In this document: positions 1 to 9,503 of the stretch, piece after piece
Layout: every line of letters starts with the position of its first letter
Numbering within the stretch: position 1 is the stretch's first letter
Origin: Abditibacterium sp.
GTDB lineage: Bacteria > Armatimonadota > Abditibacteriia > Abditibacteriales > Abditibacteriaceae
DNA: 64,000 nt
Reading direction: 5' to 3'
Assembly (NCBI GenBank): GCA_965246885.1
Contig: OZ251992.1
Location: 2,432,001 to 2,496,000 of the forward strand
Made by a program: the position numbers and the translations under genes
Notes under the pieces: generated by a model
The model's database searches: none
What the model saw: the letters and a program-made list of their open reading frames with translations, nothing else
What the model was told of the DNA's origin: nothing

Positions 1-7
1 TCTGTGG

Positions 8-2473
8 CTAATCGCCAAGTTGCACCACCGTCGCGCCTTCGCCGCCTTCGTTCAGGGGGGCGAGTTCAAAGTTCGCTACGCCGCGTGCGCCACGTAGGAA
101 CTTGTGGACGGCGTTCTTGAGGACGCCTGCGCCGCGCCCGTGAACGACGCGGAACTCCTTTTTGTCGGCGAGCAGGGCGTCGTCCAAGAAGGTGGATAGC
201 TCGTCCAAGGCGTCTTCGGCATTGAGGCCGATGAGGTTGATCTCGCTGCCGGTGTTCAGCGTCTTGCGGGATTGCACGCCCGCCGTCGAGACGGCGCCCG
301 CCACGCGCGGGGCGGCGACTTCGTTTGGCTTGAGCGCCAAGCGCATCGCGCCGACGCGGACTTCCACCTTGCCGTCATCGAGCGACACGACTTCTCCCTC
401 GCGGTCGAGGCTTTTGACGCGCACTATCTGCCCGACTTTGGGCGCGAAAGCATCGGGCGCCTCGCCGAACTTCGGCTGGGCTTTGGCAGGGATGGGCAGT
501 TGCACGCGCGTTTGAATCGGTTGCTCGCCCTCGCCAAACGCCCGCACCCGTTCGCGCAGAGTTTTCAATCTCCCCCGCGCGTCCTCGGTCGTTTTGTTCT
601 CGCCCGCGCCGCCCGACTCGCGCGCCCCGCGCCGCAGTTCGCGCAAGGCTTCGTCGGCTTCACGCTGGGCTGTTTCGACCAGTTCGCGCGCTTGGGCTTT
701 GGCACGCGCTATCTCTTTCTGCGCTTCGAGTTGGACGCGCGCCAGCTTGCCCTCGTATTCGCGGCGCAGGCGTTCGGCGGTCGCTAACTCGCGCTCGGCT
801 TCCCCTATCTGCCCTTGCAACTCGCGCTGCGTTTGCTCCAAGCGCTGCGCAATGGCTTCCTGCTCCACTCTGTCCGTGCCCAGATAGCGCCTCGCGCGGC
901 CAATCAAGTCCCCCGGCATCCCCAAGCGCGCGGCAATATCGAGGGCGTTGCTCGCGCCGGGAACGCCGATGCGCAAACGGTACGTCGGGCCGAGCGTCTT
1001 GGGGTCGAACTCGACGCTCGCGTTCTCGAACTTCTGCGAAGACAGCGCAAACTGCTTTAGCTCGCCGTAGTGCGTTGTCGCCACGACTCTGGCGCCGCGC
1101 CTCTGAAGGGAGCGCAGCACGGCCTTGGCGAGGGCGGCGCCCTCGTCGGGGTCGGTGCCCGCGCCAATTTCGTCGAAGAGCACCAAATCGCCTTCCTCGA
1201 CGCGCTTCAGGATGCCGACGATGTTCTTCAGGTGCCCGGAAAACGTCGAAAGCGACTGCTCGATAGACTGCTCGTCGCCGATATCCACATGAATCCCCTT
1301 GGGAAGATGCAGCCAAGACCCTTCGTCCACAGGCAAATGCAGGCCGCACCCCGCCATTCCCGTCAGCAACCCCAGCGTCTTGAGGACGATTGTCTTACCA
1401 CCGGTATTGGGGCCAGTCAGCATCATCACGTCGAAGTCACCGCGTTCGGTGACTGCCGATTCGTCTCCCAAGCGGATGTCATTGGGCACGCAGCCCTCCA
1501 CAAGCGGATGCCGCGCGCGCTTCAAATCCCAGCCGGTCACATCATCGCGGAGCCTCGGCTCGATGCCGTTCGTCCGCAACGAGAGTTGCGCTTTAGCGAA
1601 GGTGAAATCTAACTCCCCCGCCGCCTCCTGAGTGCGGAGCAGTTCATCCGCCGCCCCGCCAACAAGGGCCGATAGGCCACGCAACACATCCAGCACCGCC
1701 TCGCGCTCTTCGGCCATTAGCTCGCGGATGCGATTGTTCAGTTCGACCACTTCCTGCGGCTCGACAAAGACGGCATTGCCACTGCCCGAACGGTCGTGGA
1801 TGATGCCCTTCACGCTTCCGCGCGACTCGGATTTCACCGGCAAGCAATAACGCCCATCGCGCATGGTCACGAACGCATCTTGCAAGTGCGGCGTCACGCG
1901 CGGGTCGGACAGCATCGAGCGCAAGCGGCTTTGCACTTGCGCTTGCGTTTGCCGCAAATTGGCGCGCGCGCGGCGCAAATCAAGCGACGCTTCGTCCTTT
2001 ACTTCGCCGTTGTCGTCAACCGATTCAAAGACGGCTTTTTCTATGTCGGGGCGCGGGAACAGCCCATCGGCGAGGTCGAGCAGAAGCGGATACTCGCGCT
2101 TCGCCTCGTCCTCCAAGTCTTCTAAAGCCCGTTTCAAGGCGCGCGCCCCTTCGGCGAAGCGCCCAATTTCCAAGAGGGCGAGCGGCTCCAACGTCGCGCC
2201 GATGCCCGCCGATTTAACGGAGTCCGTCAGGTCGCGCAACCCGCCAAAAGGCGGAAAGCGCACGAAGTCCACGAAGCGCCGCGCTTCGCTCGTTGCCGCC
2301 AAGCGCCGCCGCGCCTCCGTGTTGTTGTTGGCCGCACGCAACGCCTGAACGCGCGCGCGCCCCAAATCGCACGCGCACAGCGCTTCCAAACGCGCCAAAA
2401 CTTTGGGCAGTTCGAGGCGCTCCAGCGGGCGGGGATGATAAAAGTGAGTGGGGTCGGGCTTGTCGTGTGGCAT
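8..2473 (-). CDS. mutS2: Endonuclease MutS2
   Basis: Walker A TGPNTGGKT, DIGDEQSIEQSLSTFS, LFDEIGAGTDP and ATTHY motifs; coiled coil; C-terminal Smr domain (VVHGRGAGVLK...GGEGATVV). Confidence 0.95.
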   Translation of the reverse strand: MPHDKPDPTHFYHPRPLERLELPKVLARLEALCACDLGRARVQALRAANNNTEARRRLAATSEARRFVDFVRFPPFGGLRDLTDSVKSAGIGATLEPLALLEIGRFAEGARALKRALEDLEDEAKREYPLLLDLADGLFPRPDIEKAVFESVDDNGEVKDEASLDLRRARANLRQTQAQVQSRLRSMLSDPRVTPHLQDAFVTMRDGRYCLPVKSESRGSVKGIIHDRSGSGNAVFVEPQEVVELNNRIRELMAEEREAVLDVLRGLSALVGGAADELLRTQEAAGELDFTFAKAQLSLRTNGIEPRLRDDVTGWDLKRARHPLVEGCVPNDIRLGDESAVTERGDFDVMMLTGPNTGGKTIVLKTLGLLTGMAGCGLHLPVDEGSWLHLPKGIHVDIGDEQSIEQSLSTFSGHLKNIVGILKRVEEGDLVLFDEIGAGTDPDEGAALAKAVLRSLQRRGARVVATTHYGELKQFALSSQKFENASVEFDPKTLGPTYRLRIGVPGASNALDIAARLGMPGDLIGRARRYLGTDRVEQEAIAQRLEQTQRELQGQIGEAERELATAERLRREYEGKLARVQLEAQKEIARAKAQARELVETAQREADEALRELRRGARESGGAGENKTTEDARGRLKTLRERVRAFGEGEQPIQTRVQLPIPAKAQPKFGEAPDAFAPKVGQIVRVKSLDREGEVVSLDDGKVEVRVGAMRLALKPNEVAAPRVAGAVSTAGVQSRKTLNTGSEINLIGLNAEDALDELSTFLDDALLADKKEFRVVHGRGAGVLKNAVHKFLRGARGVANFELAPLNEGGEGATVVQLGD

Positions 2474-2526
2474 GTGGGGAAAGTGTAGGACGCGCGGGAG
2501 AGTTTTCTGTGCCAGCGTTCTAAACT

Positions 2527-3006
2527 TTGGCGGTGCCGCTTTTGATTGTGGGGTTGCTCGCCCTGTATCCTGCGCTGCTGCTTTGTCTCTTCGCTGTCAA
2601 ATGGGAGAACACCAAGCCGTCGCGCCCATCTCCGCCGCGCCCCGTCGAGCCATCCGTTGCGCCGGAGCGCGAGCAGGAGTTACTCGCGCTCGTGTGCCCC
2701 GAAGTCCGCGCCGTTCTGGAAGCGGAGCTAAGAGCGGGCAACCGCATCGTGGGCGGCGCATCGGGCGGCGACTGGCCTTGGCCGGACTCGACTCTTATTT
2801 CGTTGGGGTTCATCTTTCGGGCCGAACCTGCGCCGTTACCACCCGCGCTTCGGTTTGACACCTACGACTTTAAAGTTGGAATGGGCGACTCGGTTGACTG
2901 CGAGGCGCACCGGATTCTTGTGATTGCAGCGATGCCGACATTGGAAGAGCACCTTTCCGAAACAGTTCTCGTCGGCGGCAAACGGCGCGCTCGGTTGAAG
3001 AGTTAA
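2527..3006 (+). CDS. Hypothetical protein with N-terminal TM helix
   Basis: TTG-start ORF divergent from mutS2; hydrophobic N-terminus and Pro-rich linker; TAAACT just upstream. Confidence 0.6.
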   Translation: MAVPLLIVGLLALYPALLLCLFAVKWENTKPSRPSPPRPVEPSVAPEREQELLALVCPEVRAVLEAELRAGNRIVGGASGGDWPWPDSTLISLGFIFRAEPAPLPPALRFDTYDFKVGMGDSVDCEAHRILVIAAMPTLEEHLSETVLVGGKRRARLKS

Positions 3007-3021
3007 GCGCCCTGCGCCCTG

Positions 3022-3126
3022 CATCCACAGACATGCGCCGACCGTCCACAGGCGTCTGTCACTGGCCGACACGCATGCGCCGACGACCCACACGCATGCG
3101 CCAATCACCCACAGACGTCTGTAGGT
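3022..3126. repeat. Degenerate 21-bp tandem array A (5 units)
   Basis: Units catccacagacatgcgccgac / cgtccacaggcgtctgtcact / ggccgacacgcatgcgccgac / gacccacacgcatgcgccaat / cacccacagacgtctgtaggt. Confidence 0.8.
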
Positions 3127-3185
3127 AATTCCGGGGAGGAATTTTTCCGGTGCGGGACGCTCGGCGCGACGGGAAAAAGGGCGGC

Positions 3186-3653
3186 TTACCCCTCGCCGAT
3201 GTAAACCTCGCCGCTAACGAGCGCGGCGTGTTGGAGGGCGCTCCACAGGTCGGCTTCGGCTTCGATTTCTTCCAAGAAACGTCCGCGTTCGTCGGGGTAC
3301 TGCGTCAATTCGTCGGCTTCGACGGCCCACTCTCCGGCGTTGGCGAAGGTTTTCAGTTCGGGCGAAAGCGCGAGCAAAAAGTCGCAGTTGACGATGAGGG
3401 CGTAGACGTGGCCCCCGGCTTCGCGGGCGTAGAGAGTGCGCGTGAAGTGGACGTAAAAGCGGTCGCGTTGCGAGGGCGAGATACCGGCCTCGAAGAAAAG
3501 GGAGTCGTCGTCGCACTCGATGGCTTCGCGGGCAAACGCGGCGAAAGCGCGCCAAGTGGGTTCCAACTTGGCATGGTCGCGCGAAGTTCCAAAGCGCGCC
3601 AACACGGAATCGAAGTGAGCGGCAAGCGAAGCGAGGTGAACGGGCGTTTGCAT
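3186..3653 (-). CDS. Hypothetical protein (155 aa)
   Basis: Protein-like composition from MQTPVHLASL; the upstream ORF extension reads through a palindromic repeat and was discarded. Confidence 0.7.
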   Translation of the reverse strand: MQTPVHLASLAAHFDSVLARFGTSRDHAKLEPTWRAFAAFAREAIECDDDSLFFEAGISPSQRDRFYVHFTRTLYAREAGGHVYALIVNCDFLLALSPELKTFANAGEWAVEADELTQYPDERGRFLEEIEAEADLWSALQHAALVSGEVYIGEG

Positions 3654-3676
3654 GGGGCAGAGGTTACAAAACCTTG

Positions 3677-3800
3677 TGCCCGCGACTGAAGTCGCGGGCA
3701 ACTCAAGGCAAAGTCGGCCTGCGCCGACTGGAAGCGCAAGAAGTGCAGACTCCGTAGGGAGACTTCGCCGTGAGTTGCCCGCGACTGAAGTCGCCGGGGC
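3677..3800. repeat. REPIN/MITE-like palindromic element, copy 1 (CGACTGAAGTCG family)
   Basis: Terminal hairpins cccgcgactgaagtcgcggg, inverted arms gcaactca..gcaaag / cttcgccgtgagttgc and two inner hairpins; homologous to 11878-11991. Confidence 0.85.
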
Positions 3801-3876
3801 GCGAGTTTGGGGCGCCAAGATAGGGATAACACGGGGCTTTCGCCCCTCCTCAGGCGTCAAGGGGCGCCGTTCCGCT

Positions 3877-5256
3877 ATGTCCTTTCTGTCTTCCGTGCGC
3901 CCGACGCTCCTGCTGGCGTTGCCTATCATCGCGGGTCAACTGTCGCAGATGGGCATTGGCATCGTGGATTCGGCGATGGTCGGGCACTTCTCGACGCTCG
4001 CGCTTGCGGCGGCGGCGCTGGCGATTAACGTGGGAAACATCCCGATTGTCTTTGGCTTGGGCGCGTTGTCGGGGCTATCGGTGCGCGTCGCGCAAGCGCA
4101 GGGGGCTAAGGACGATGTGCGCACGCGGGAGATATTGCGGCATGGTATGTGGCTGTCGCTGGGGCTGGGCGTTTTGCTGTCGCTTTTGATGCTGTGCTTG
4201 GTGCCCCTGCTCGACCATCTGGGGCAACCGCCCGCCGTCGTGCGCGAAGCGAAGCCGTTCTTTGCGCTGTTTGCCTTGTCCGTGACACCGGTGGTAGTGG
4301 GCTTTGCGGTGAAGAGTTTCGGCGAAGCGATGCGCACGCCTTGGCCGCCAACGCTACTCTTTCTCGCTTCGATTCCGCTCACCGCGTTCTTTAATTGGGT
4401 GTTCGTGTTTGGGCATTTGGGCGCGCCCGCGCTGGGGCTAATGGGTTCGGGGGTAGCGACGCTCCTCGCGCGCACGCTTACGACGGGCGCGCTGCTCTTG
4501 TGGCTCCATCGCACGGCGCGCTTCCAAAGTGTGCGCCCGACGAAGTGGCGCGGGGCGTTGCAAAAGCAGGAGGTACGCGAGCAGGTGGCGCTCGGCTTGC
4601 CGACGGGGTTGCAAGTGGCCATCGAAATAGGCGCGTTTTCGGCGGGGGCCTTGATTGTCGGGATGTTAGGGCAGGACTCCTTGGCGGCGCATCAAGTCGC
4701 CATCACCTGCGCGGCAACGACGTTTATGCTGCCGCTTGGTCTGGCCATCGCGACGACGGTGCGCATCGGCAACGCCCTCGGCGCGCAGGAACTGGGCGAA
4801 ATCCGCGCCATCGGCTTGAGTTCCGCCGTCATCGGGACGGGCATGATGGTGTGTAGTGGCCTGCTGTTCCTAACGGAAGGGCACCAAATCGCGGGGCTGT
4901 TCTTGCACGACCCGAAGGTAATAGACCTCGCCGCGCGTCTCTTAGTAGTCGCGGCGCTGTTCCAGTTGTTCGACGGGGTGCAGGTGACAATGGCGGGGGC
5001 GCTGCGCGGGTTGTCGGATGCCGTTGTGCCGATGGTCGTGGTCGCGGTGGGGTATTGGGTGCTGGCGCTACCGTTCGGCTGGTTCCTGACGTTCCACATG
5101 GGCATGGGCGCGCGCGGCGTGTGGTTTGGCTTCGCGTTGGGGCTGGGTTTGGTCGCGGTGGCGTTGGCGCGGCGCTTCTTCGGGCGCACACGGGCGGGAG
5201 TTTTGGAGGAAATCGCGCAGAACTTGCCGGGGCAAACGGCGGTGGCGATGCATTAG
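3877..5256 (+). CDS. MATE family efflux transporter (NorM-like)
   Basis: About 12 TM helices; LALPIIAGQLSQM..DSAMVG, LAAHQVA and FQLFDGVQ..GALRG motifs. Confidence 0.92.
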   Translation: MSFLSSVRPTLLLALPIIAGQLSQMGIGIVDSAMVGHFSTLALAAAALAINVGNIPIVFGLGALSGLSVRVAQAQGAKDDVRTREILRHGMWLSLGLGVLLSLLMLCLVPLLDHLGQPPAVVREAKPFFALFALSVTPVVVGFAVKSFGEAMRTPWPPTLLFLASIPLTAFFNWVFVFGHLGAPALGLMGSGVATLLARTLTTGALLLWLHRTARFQSVRPTKWRGALQKQEVREQVALGLPTGLQVAIEIGAFSAGALIVGMLGQDSLAAHQVAITCAATTFMLPLGLAIATTVRIGNALGAQELGEIRAIGLSSAVIGTGMMVCSGLLFLTEGHQIAGLFLHDPKVIDLAARLLVVAALFQLFDGVQVTMAGALRGLSDAVVPMVVVAVGYWVLALPFGWFLTFHMGMGARGVWFGFALGLGLVAVALARRFFGRTRAGVLEEIAQNLPGQTAVAMH

Positions 5257-5312
5257 TCGCCGTCTTTTGCCAAACTACCCCGCCCGAAAAATTCGGACTA
5301 CTGGAAAAAGAC

Positions 5313-6038
5313 ATGGCCACTATTAATCTCACTGTTAGCCTGCGCGAAACGCGCGGCAAAGAAGCCGCGAAAGTCATGCGCCGCGAAGGGCTTTTGCCCG
5401 CCGTTTTGTATGGACACAATCAGGAGCCGGTCGCGCTCGCCATTAACGCCCGCGAGTTCGGCGACGCCTTGCGTCATCACGGCTCCACCAGCCTCATGGT
5501 GCTCAAAGGACTCAATGATGAAACCGCGCTGATTAAGTCCATCCAGCGCCACCCGTATCGCAACACGCCCCAGACCATTGACTTCATCCGCGTCGCCCGC
5601 AACGAGGAAGTTCACGTCATGGTGCCAGTTATACTCACCGGCGACTCCGTCGCCGTGCGAACGGGCGACGGCGTGTTAGTGCAAGGCCTCCAAGAAGTCG
5701 AAATCGTCGCCACGCCCGACGCCATTCCCGATTCCATCACGGTAGACGTGTCGAGCCTCGAACTCGACGGCGGCGCGCTCCACGTGTCCGACATCCACGC
5801 GCCCGCAGGCGTCACCATCGTGACCGGTGAGGACGAAGCCGTCGCCGCCGTCAACCTGCCCGCCCGCGAGGAAGAGGAAGCCGGTGCCGTCGTCGCCGAG
5901 GGAGAAGCCGAAACTGCCTTCGCCAGCCAACAAGTTCCCGCCGAACATGGCGGCCCGCAAGGGGGCGGCGAGGGACTCAAGCGCGAGGAACACACCGGCA
6001 ACCGCAGTTCCACGCCGGAAACGCCCGCAAGCACATAA
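5313..6038 (+). CDS. rplY: 50S ribosomal protein L25 / general stress protein Ctc
   Basis: RETRGKEAAKVMRREGLLPAVLYG, IQRHPY..IDF; Ctc C-domain with acidic tail. Confidence 0.93.
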   Translation: MATINLTVSLRETRGKEAAKVMRREGLLPAVLYGHNQEPVALAINAREFGDALRHHGSTSLMVLKGLNDETALIKSIQRHPYRNTPQTIDFIRVARNEEVHVMVPVILTGDSVAVRTGDGVLVQGLQEVEIVATPDAIPDSITVDVSSLELDGGALHVSDIHAPAGVTIVTGEDEAVAAVNLPAREEEEAGAVVAEGEAETAFASQQVPAEHGGPQGGGEGLKREEHTGNRSSTPETPAST

Positions 6039-6050
6039 AACACAAGAAAG

Positions 6051-6089
6051 AAGCAAAGGGCAAGCGCGACGCGCTTGCCCTTTTGCTTT
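6051..6089 (+). terminator. Rho-independent terminator of rplY
   Basis: aagcaaagggcaagcgc-gac-gcgcttgcccttttgcttt. Confidence 0.8.
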
Positions 6090-6193
6090 GGTGACCGCTC
6101 ATTGTCCGCCAGCGCGTAAGGAGGAGAAACCCTCAGATGCAGTGCGCCCAAAAGCCGCGACGGAGCGGGTTTGAGCGTGGCATTGGAAAGCTG

Positions 6194-6209
6194 TGTGCGG
6201 CAACGGACA
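6194..6209. promoter_or_regulatory. Candidate Crp-family operator TGTGCG-N4-CGGACA
   Basis: Near-palindrome with CRP-box geometry about 175 bp upstream of a Crp-family gene. Confidence 0.4.
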
Positions 6210-6384
6210 GTAAGAAGGGCCACCACATGTAAAAATTTTCTGGCACACGTTGAAGCGAAGCGTCATGCAGAGGCTGATGCGAATAAATACGTTCAAAGTC
6301 AGCGACGTGATTTCTCTTTCGCATCCAAGGCCATGCCAGCCTTCCTGCTTAAAAGTGTTGAAGGTTGCGCAGGAACGCTCTTAT

Positions 6385-7089
6385 ATGGCCCTATCCAATT
6401 CAGAAACCAGTGTGAACCATTTGCTTGCGGGTTTGCCGGAAGCCGAACGCTCGCGCTTGACGCCGCTTTTAAAACCCAGCCTCATCCATTTGGGCGAACC
6501 CCTGTGGGAAACGGGGCAAGCCATCGAAGCCGTCTATTTCCCCAAGCAGGGCGTAATCTCTTTGGTGTTGACCAGCGTCGACGGCGTGGATGTCGAAGTG
6601 GGCATGGTGGGCCGCGAAGGAATCGCGGGCAGCATTGAAACTTTGGGCACGGGCCGCGCGACGACGCGGGCGCAAGTGCAAATGGCCGGAAGCGGCTGGC
6701 GCATGGAAAGCAGCGCCTTTCGCGCCGAGTTCGCGCGCGGCGGCGCGTTTCAAGAAGCCATCCTGCGCTTCCACGCTTCGCTTTCGTTCCAAAGCGCGCA
6801 GTGCGCGTTGTGCAATCGCCTCCACAGCGTCGAGCAACGCTTGGCGCGTTGGCTGCTCATGGCCAGCGACCGCGCCAACGCGCCCGACATGCAACTGACC
6901 CACGAGTTCATCGCCACCATGCTCGGCACGCGGCGCGCGGGCGTCACCGTCGCGGCGGGCGTGCTACGGGAAGTGGGGCTTATCTCCTATCACCGGGGCA
7001 TGATCACCATTCTCGACCGCGCCGGAATGGAGAAAACGGCTTGCGAGTGTTACCAAGCCATCGAGCGGAACTTCAACGGACTCTCCTGA
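6385..7089 (+). CDS. Crp/Fnr family transcriptional regulator
   Basis: cNMP-like domain (VYFP..GVISL..VGREG), HSVEQRLARWLL, HTH LTHEFIATMLGTRRAGVT, C-terminal ACECY. Confidence 0.92.
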   Translation: MALSNSETSVNHLLAGLPEAERSRLTPLLKPSLIHLGEPLWETGQAIEAVYFPKQGVISLVLTSVDGVDVEVGMVGREGIAGSIETLGTGRATTRAQVQMAGSGWRMESSAFRAEFARGGAFQEAILRFHASLSFQSAQCALCNRLHSVEQRLARWLLMASDRANAPDMQLTHEFIATMLGTRRAGVTVAAGVLREVGLISYHRGMITILDRAGMEKTACECYQAIERNFNGLS

Positions 7090-7395
7090 GGGCGTGATGA
7101 CTTCCACGCTCAACGCGAATGGGGGAACGGGGCCGACCGAATCGAAAATCGCCACCCGCACCCGCGCATCCCACCCCCGCGCCTCGGCCATCACGAACTT
7201 GTGCAAGGCCTCGTAGCCATACACCTGACAGGAGCGGTGCGGCGGCAAAATCTCCACGCCCACCCCGCACGCCGAAAAGCGCCACCACGAGCCGGTCTGA
7301 CACGAGAGCAAATGCGCGATGGCGTTTTCAAATCCCAAGCCGCGCGCGTCCCGCCAATCCTGCGCGCCGAAATGCAAAATAACTTCCTGCTGCAT
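6964..7395 (-). CDS. Possible hypothetical protein
   Basis: Only plausible ORF in the crp-pth gap (MQQEVILHFG...); its 3' end overlaps crp by 126 bp. Confidence 0.35.
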   Translation of the reverse strand: MQQEVILHFGAQDWRDARGLGFENAIAHLLSCQTGSWWRFSACGVGVEILPPHRSCQVYGYEALHKFVMAEARGWDARVRVAIFDSVGPVPPFALSVEVITPSGESVEVPLDGLVTLASRFLHSGAVENGDHAPVIGDKPHFP

Positions 7396-7493
7396 AACTT
7401 TAGAATCTGAAATGGCGGGTAGCCTTTCCGTACGATAAAGAACACAGCCGAGGCGGGCGGCGCAAGGGATGACGGCGCCGGGTGGAGCGATAC

Positions 7494-7525
7494 CCGTAGG
7501 GGCACGGCAAGCCATGTCCCTACGG
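7494..7525. repeat. GTAG-type REP palindrome
   Basis: ccGTAGgggcacggcaagccatgtccCTACgg. Confidence 0.7.
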
Positions 7526-7550
7526 TGGCGCGATTGGGAAACTGCAAGCC

Positions 7551-8123
7551 ATGTTTTTAGTCGTCGGATTGGGCAACCCCGGAACGCAATACGCGCGCAC
7601 GCGCCACAACGCCGGGTGGTTCGTGATAGACGAACTCGCGCGGCGCCATGCCATCGAACTGGTCAAAAAGAACGCGGACACCAAAGTCGGTTTGGGAATG
7701 ATGGGCGACGCGAAGATCGCGCTCGTCAAGCCGCAGACCTTTATGAACGATTCGGGCCGCGCGGTGCAATCGCTCAAGAATTTCTATCGCGTCGAGTTGG
7801 AGCAGATTCTGGTGCTGAGCGACGACCTGAACCTGCCGCTTGGCAAGCTGCGCTTTCGCGGCGGCGGGTCAGACGGCGGACACAACGGCCTGAAGTCCGT
7901 CGCGCAAATGCTTGGCTCCAAGGAGTACCCGCGCCTGCGCTTTGGCGTGGGCGAGCCGCCCGATGTCGAGCGCGCGCAAGCGGGCACGGCGGGCTTTGTC
8001 CTGCGCCCCTTTTCGCCCGATGAGTGGCCTCAAGTCGAGGCCACGACACGCCGCGCGGCGGACGGCGTCGAATGTTTTGTGCGCGACGGTCTGGCACTCG
8101 CCATGAACCGCTTCAACGTTTGA
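7551..8123 (+). CDS. pth: Peptidyl-tRNA hydrolase
   Basis: VGLGNPG..Y..TRHNAG, KPQTFMNDSG, GGSDGGHNGLKS, YPRLRFGVG. Confidence 0.97.
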   Translation: MFLVVGLGNPGTQYARTRHNAGWFVIDELARRHAIELVKKNADTKVGLGMMGDAKIALVKPQTFMNDSGRAVQSLKNFYRVELEQILVLSDDLNLPLGKLRFRGGGSDGGHNGLKSVAQMLGSKEYPRLRFGVGEPPDVERAQAGTAGFVLRPFSPDEWPQVEATTRRAADGVECFVRDGLALAMNRFNV

Positions 8124-8171
8124 GCGGGGCGAATGCTGATGGCTTGAAATTCTAACCCGTAAAGTAGACGT

Positions 8172-8305
8172 GGTGTCCGGGAGGACACTTGGCGTAGCCG
8201 GATGCCGGGGATTTTATATCCCCGACGGCGCCCCAAGCCAACCGGGGATATAAAATCCCCGGCATCCGGGCGCAAGCGCCCAAGCGTCCTGCCGGACGCG
8301 GCACC
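8172..8305. repeat. Long inverted-repeat element (REPIN-like)
   Basis: Perfect 27-bp IR ccggatgccggggattttatatccccg (8198-8224) / 8243-8269, with imperfect outer arms. Confidence 0.85.
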
Positions 8306-8393
8306 TATCGGTTAGGATGGCAAGCCTCAACATTTGCCCCACTCGCTCCCAACCCTGAACCGCCCGCCCGCTCTATTCGTTCAACCTTGTGCC

Positions 8394-8861
8394 ATGAGAA
8401 AAATCCTGCTGTTGTCCCTACTGCTTGTGCCCGCCCTCGCGCAAGCCAAGCCCGCCAAAAAAGCCGCGCCCAAAACGAGCGGCGCCGTGTGGCGCACCGA
8501 CTTCGACGCCGCGCTCAAAGAAGCGCGCCGCACGCACAAGCCCGTCTTCGTGGACATTTACACCGATTGGTGCGGGCCGTGCAAATACCTCGACGCGACG
8601 ACCTACAAAGACCCCAAGTTCGTGCGCGCCGCGCGCGGGTGGGTGCTGGTCAAAGTCAACGCCGAGAAAGGCGCGCGCAACATCCAAATCGCCCAGAAGT
8701 ATCAGCCCGAAGGCTACCCGACGCTCCTGATGCTCGACGCGCACGGCAAAAAGCTGAACAAACTGACGGGCGCATATCCGGCGGAACTGTTGGTCCCCGA
8801 AATGCAAAAAGCGCAGGGCGGCGTGTCGGCCCGGAACTCCGTCGCGCCGCGCGTGGGTTAA
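8394..8861 (+). CDS. Exported thioredoxin-family protein
   Basis: Signal peptide; WCGPC motif; YPT cis-Pro loop. Confidence 0.88.
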   Translation: MRKILLLSLLLVPALAQAKPAKKAAPKTSGAVWRTDFDAALKEARRTHKPVFVDIYTDWCGPCKYLDATTYKDPKFVRAARGWVLVKVNAEKGARNIQIAQKYQPEGYPTLLMLDAHGKKLNKLTGAYPAELLVPEMQKAQGGVSARNSVAPRVG

Positions 8862-8864
8862 GCC

Positions 8865-9500
8865 ATGCAAGTCAAAATCTGCGGGACAACCTCGGTCGAA
8901 GACGCGCGCTTCGCCTTGGATGCGGGAGCGGATTGGGTCGGCGTCATCGTCCATCACCCGCCCTCCCCGCGCAACGTGTCGCTCCAAACCGCGCGCGAAA
9001 TCAAAGCCGTCGTCGGGCGACGACTCGTTTTGCTGACGGTCGGTCAATCCCTCCCCGACCTGCGCGACTTGAGCGCGCTCCTCGCGCCGGAAATCCTCCA
9101 ACTACACGGCGACGAAACGCCCAAGTTAGTCGCGGGTTTGGCCAACAGCCGTCTGCGCGTGTGGAAAGCGATTCATGGCGACGGCGCGCAGCTATTGGAG
9201 CAAGCCCGCCAATACCGCGACGCGGGCGCCGAAGCCCTCGTAGTGGACGCGCGCGACGCCGGGGCAAGCGGGACGGTGTATGGCGGGACGGGCAAAGTCG
9301 CCGACTGGAACGCCGCGCGTCAGTTGGTGGACGACGGTTTCCGCGTGGTTCTGGCGGGCGGCCTTGATCCCGACAACGTGGCGCGCGCCGTCGCAACTGT
9401 TAATCCATTCGGCGTGGACTGCGTGTCCGGCGTCGAAAGCGCCAAGGGCGTCAAAGACGCGGAGAAGGTGCGGGCGTTTGTGGCCGCGGCGCGCGAATAA
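8865..9500 (+). CDS. trpF: Phosphoribosylanthranilate isomerase
   Basis: VKICG, QLHGDE, GGTG..DW, LAGGLDPDNV, GVDCVSGVE. Confidence 0.95.
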   Translation: MQVKICGTTSVEDARFALDAGADWVGVIVHHPPSPRNVSLQTAREIKAVVGRRLVLLTVGQSLPDLRDLSALLAPEILQLHGDETPKLVAGLANSRLRVWKAIHGDGAQLLEQARQYRDAGAEALVVDARDAGASGTVYGGTGKVADWNAARQLVDDGFRVVLAGGLDPDNVARAVATVNPFGVDCVSGVESAKGVKDAEKVRAFVAAARE

Positions 9501-9503
9501 GGC

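Noticed and set aside
2836..3108. Short heptad-repeat ORFs over the 21-bp arrays (also 50747-51070)
   Set aside because: No RBS or homology support, and array B has a stop and a 20-bp unit; treated as non-coding repeats
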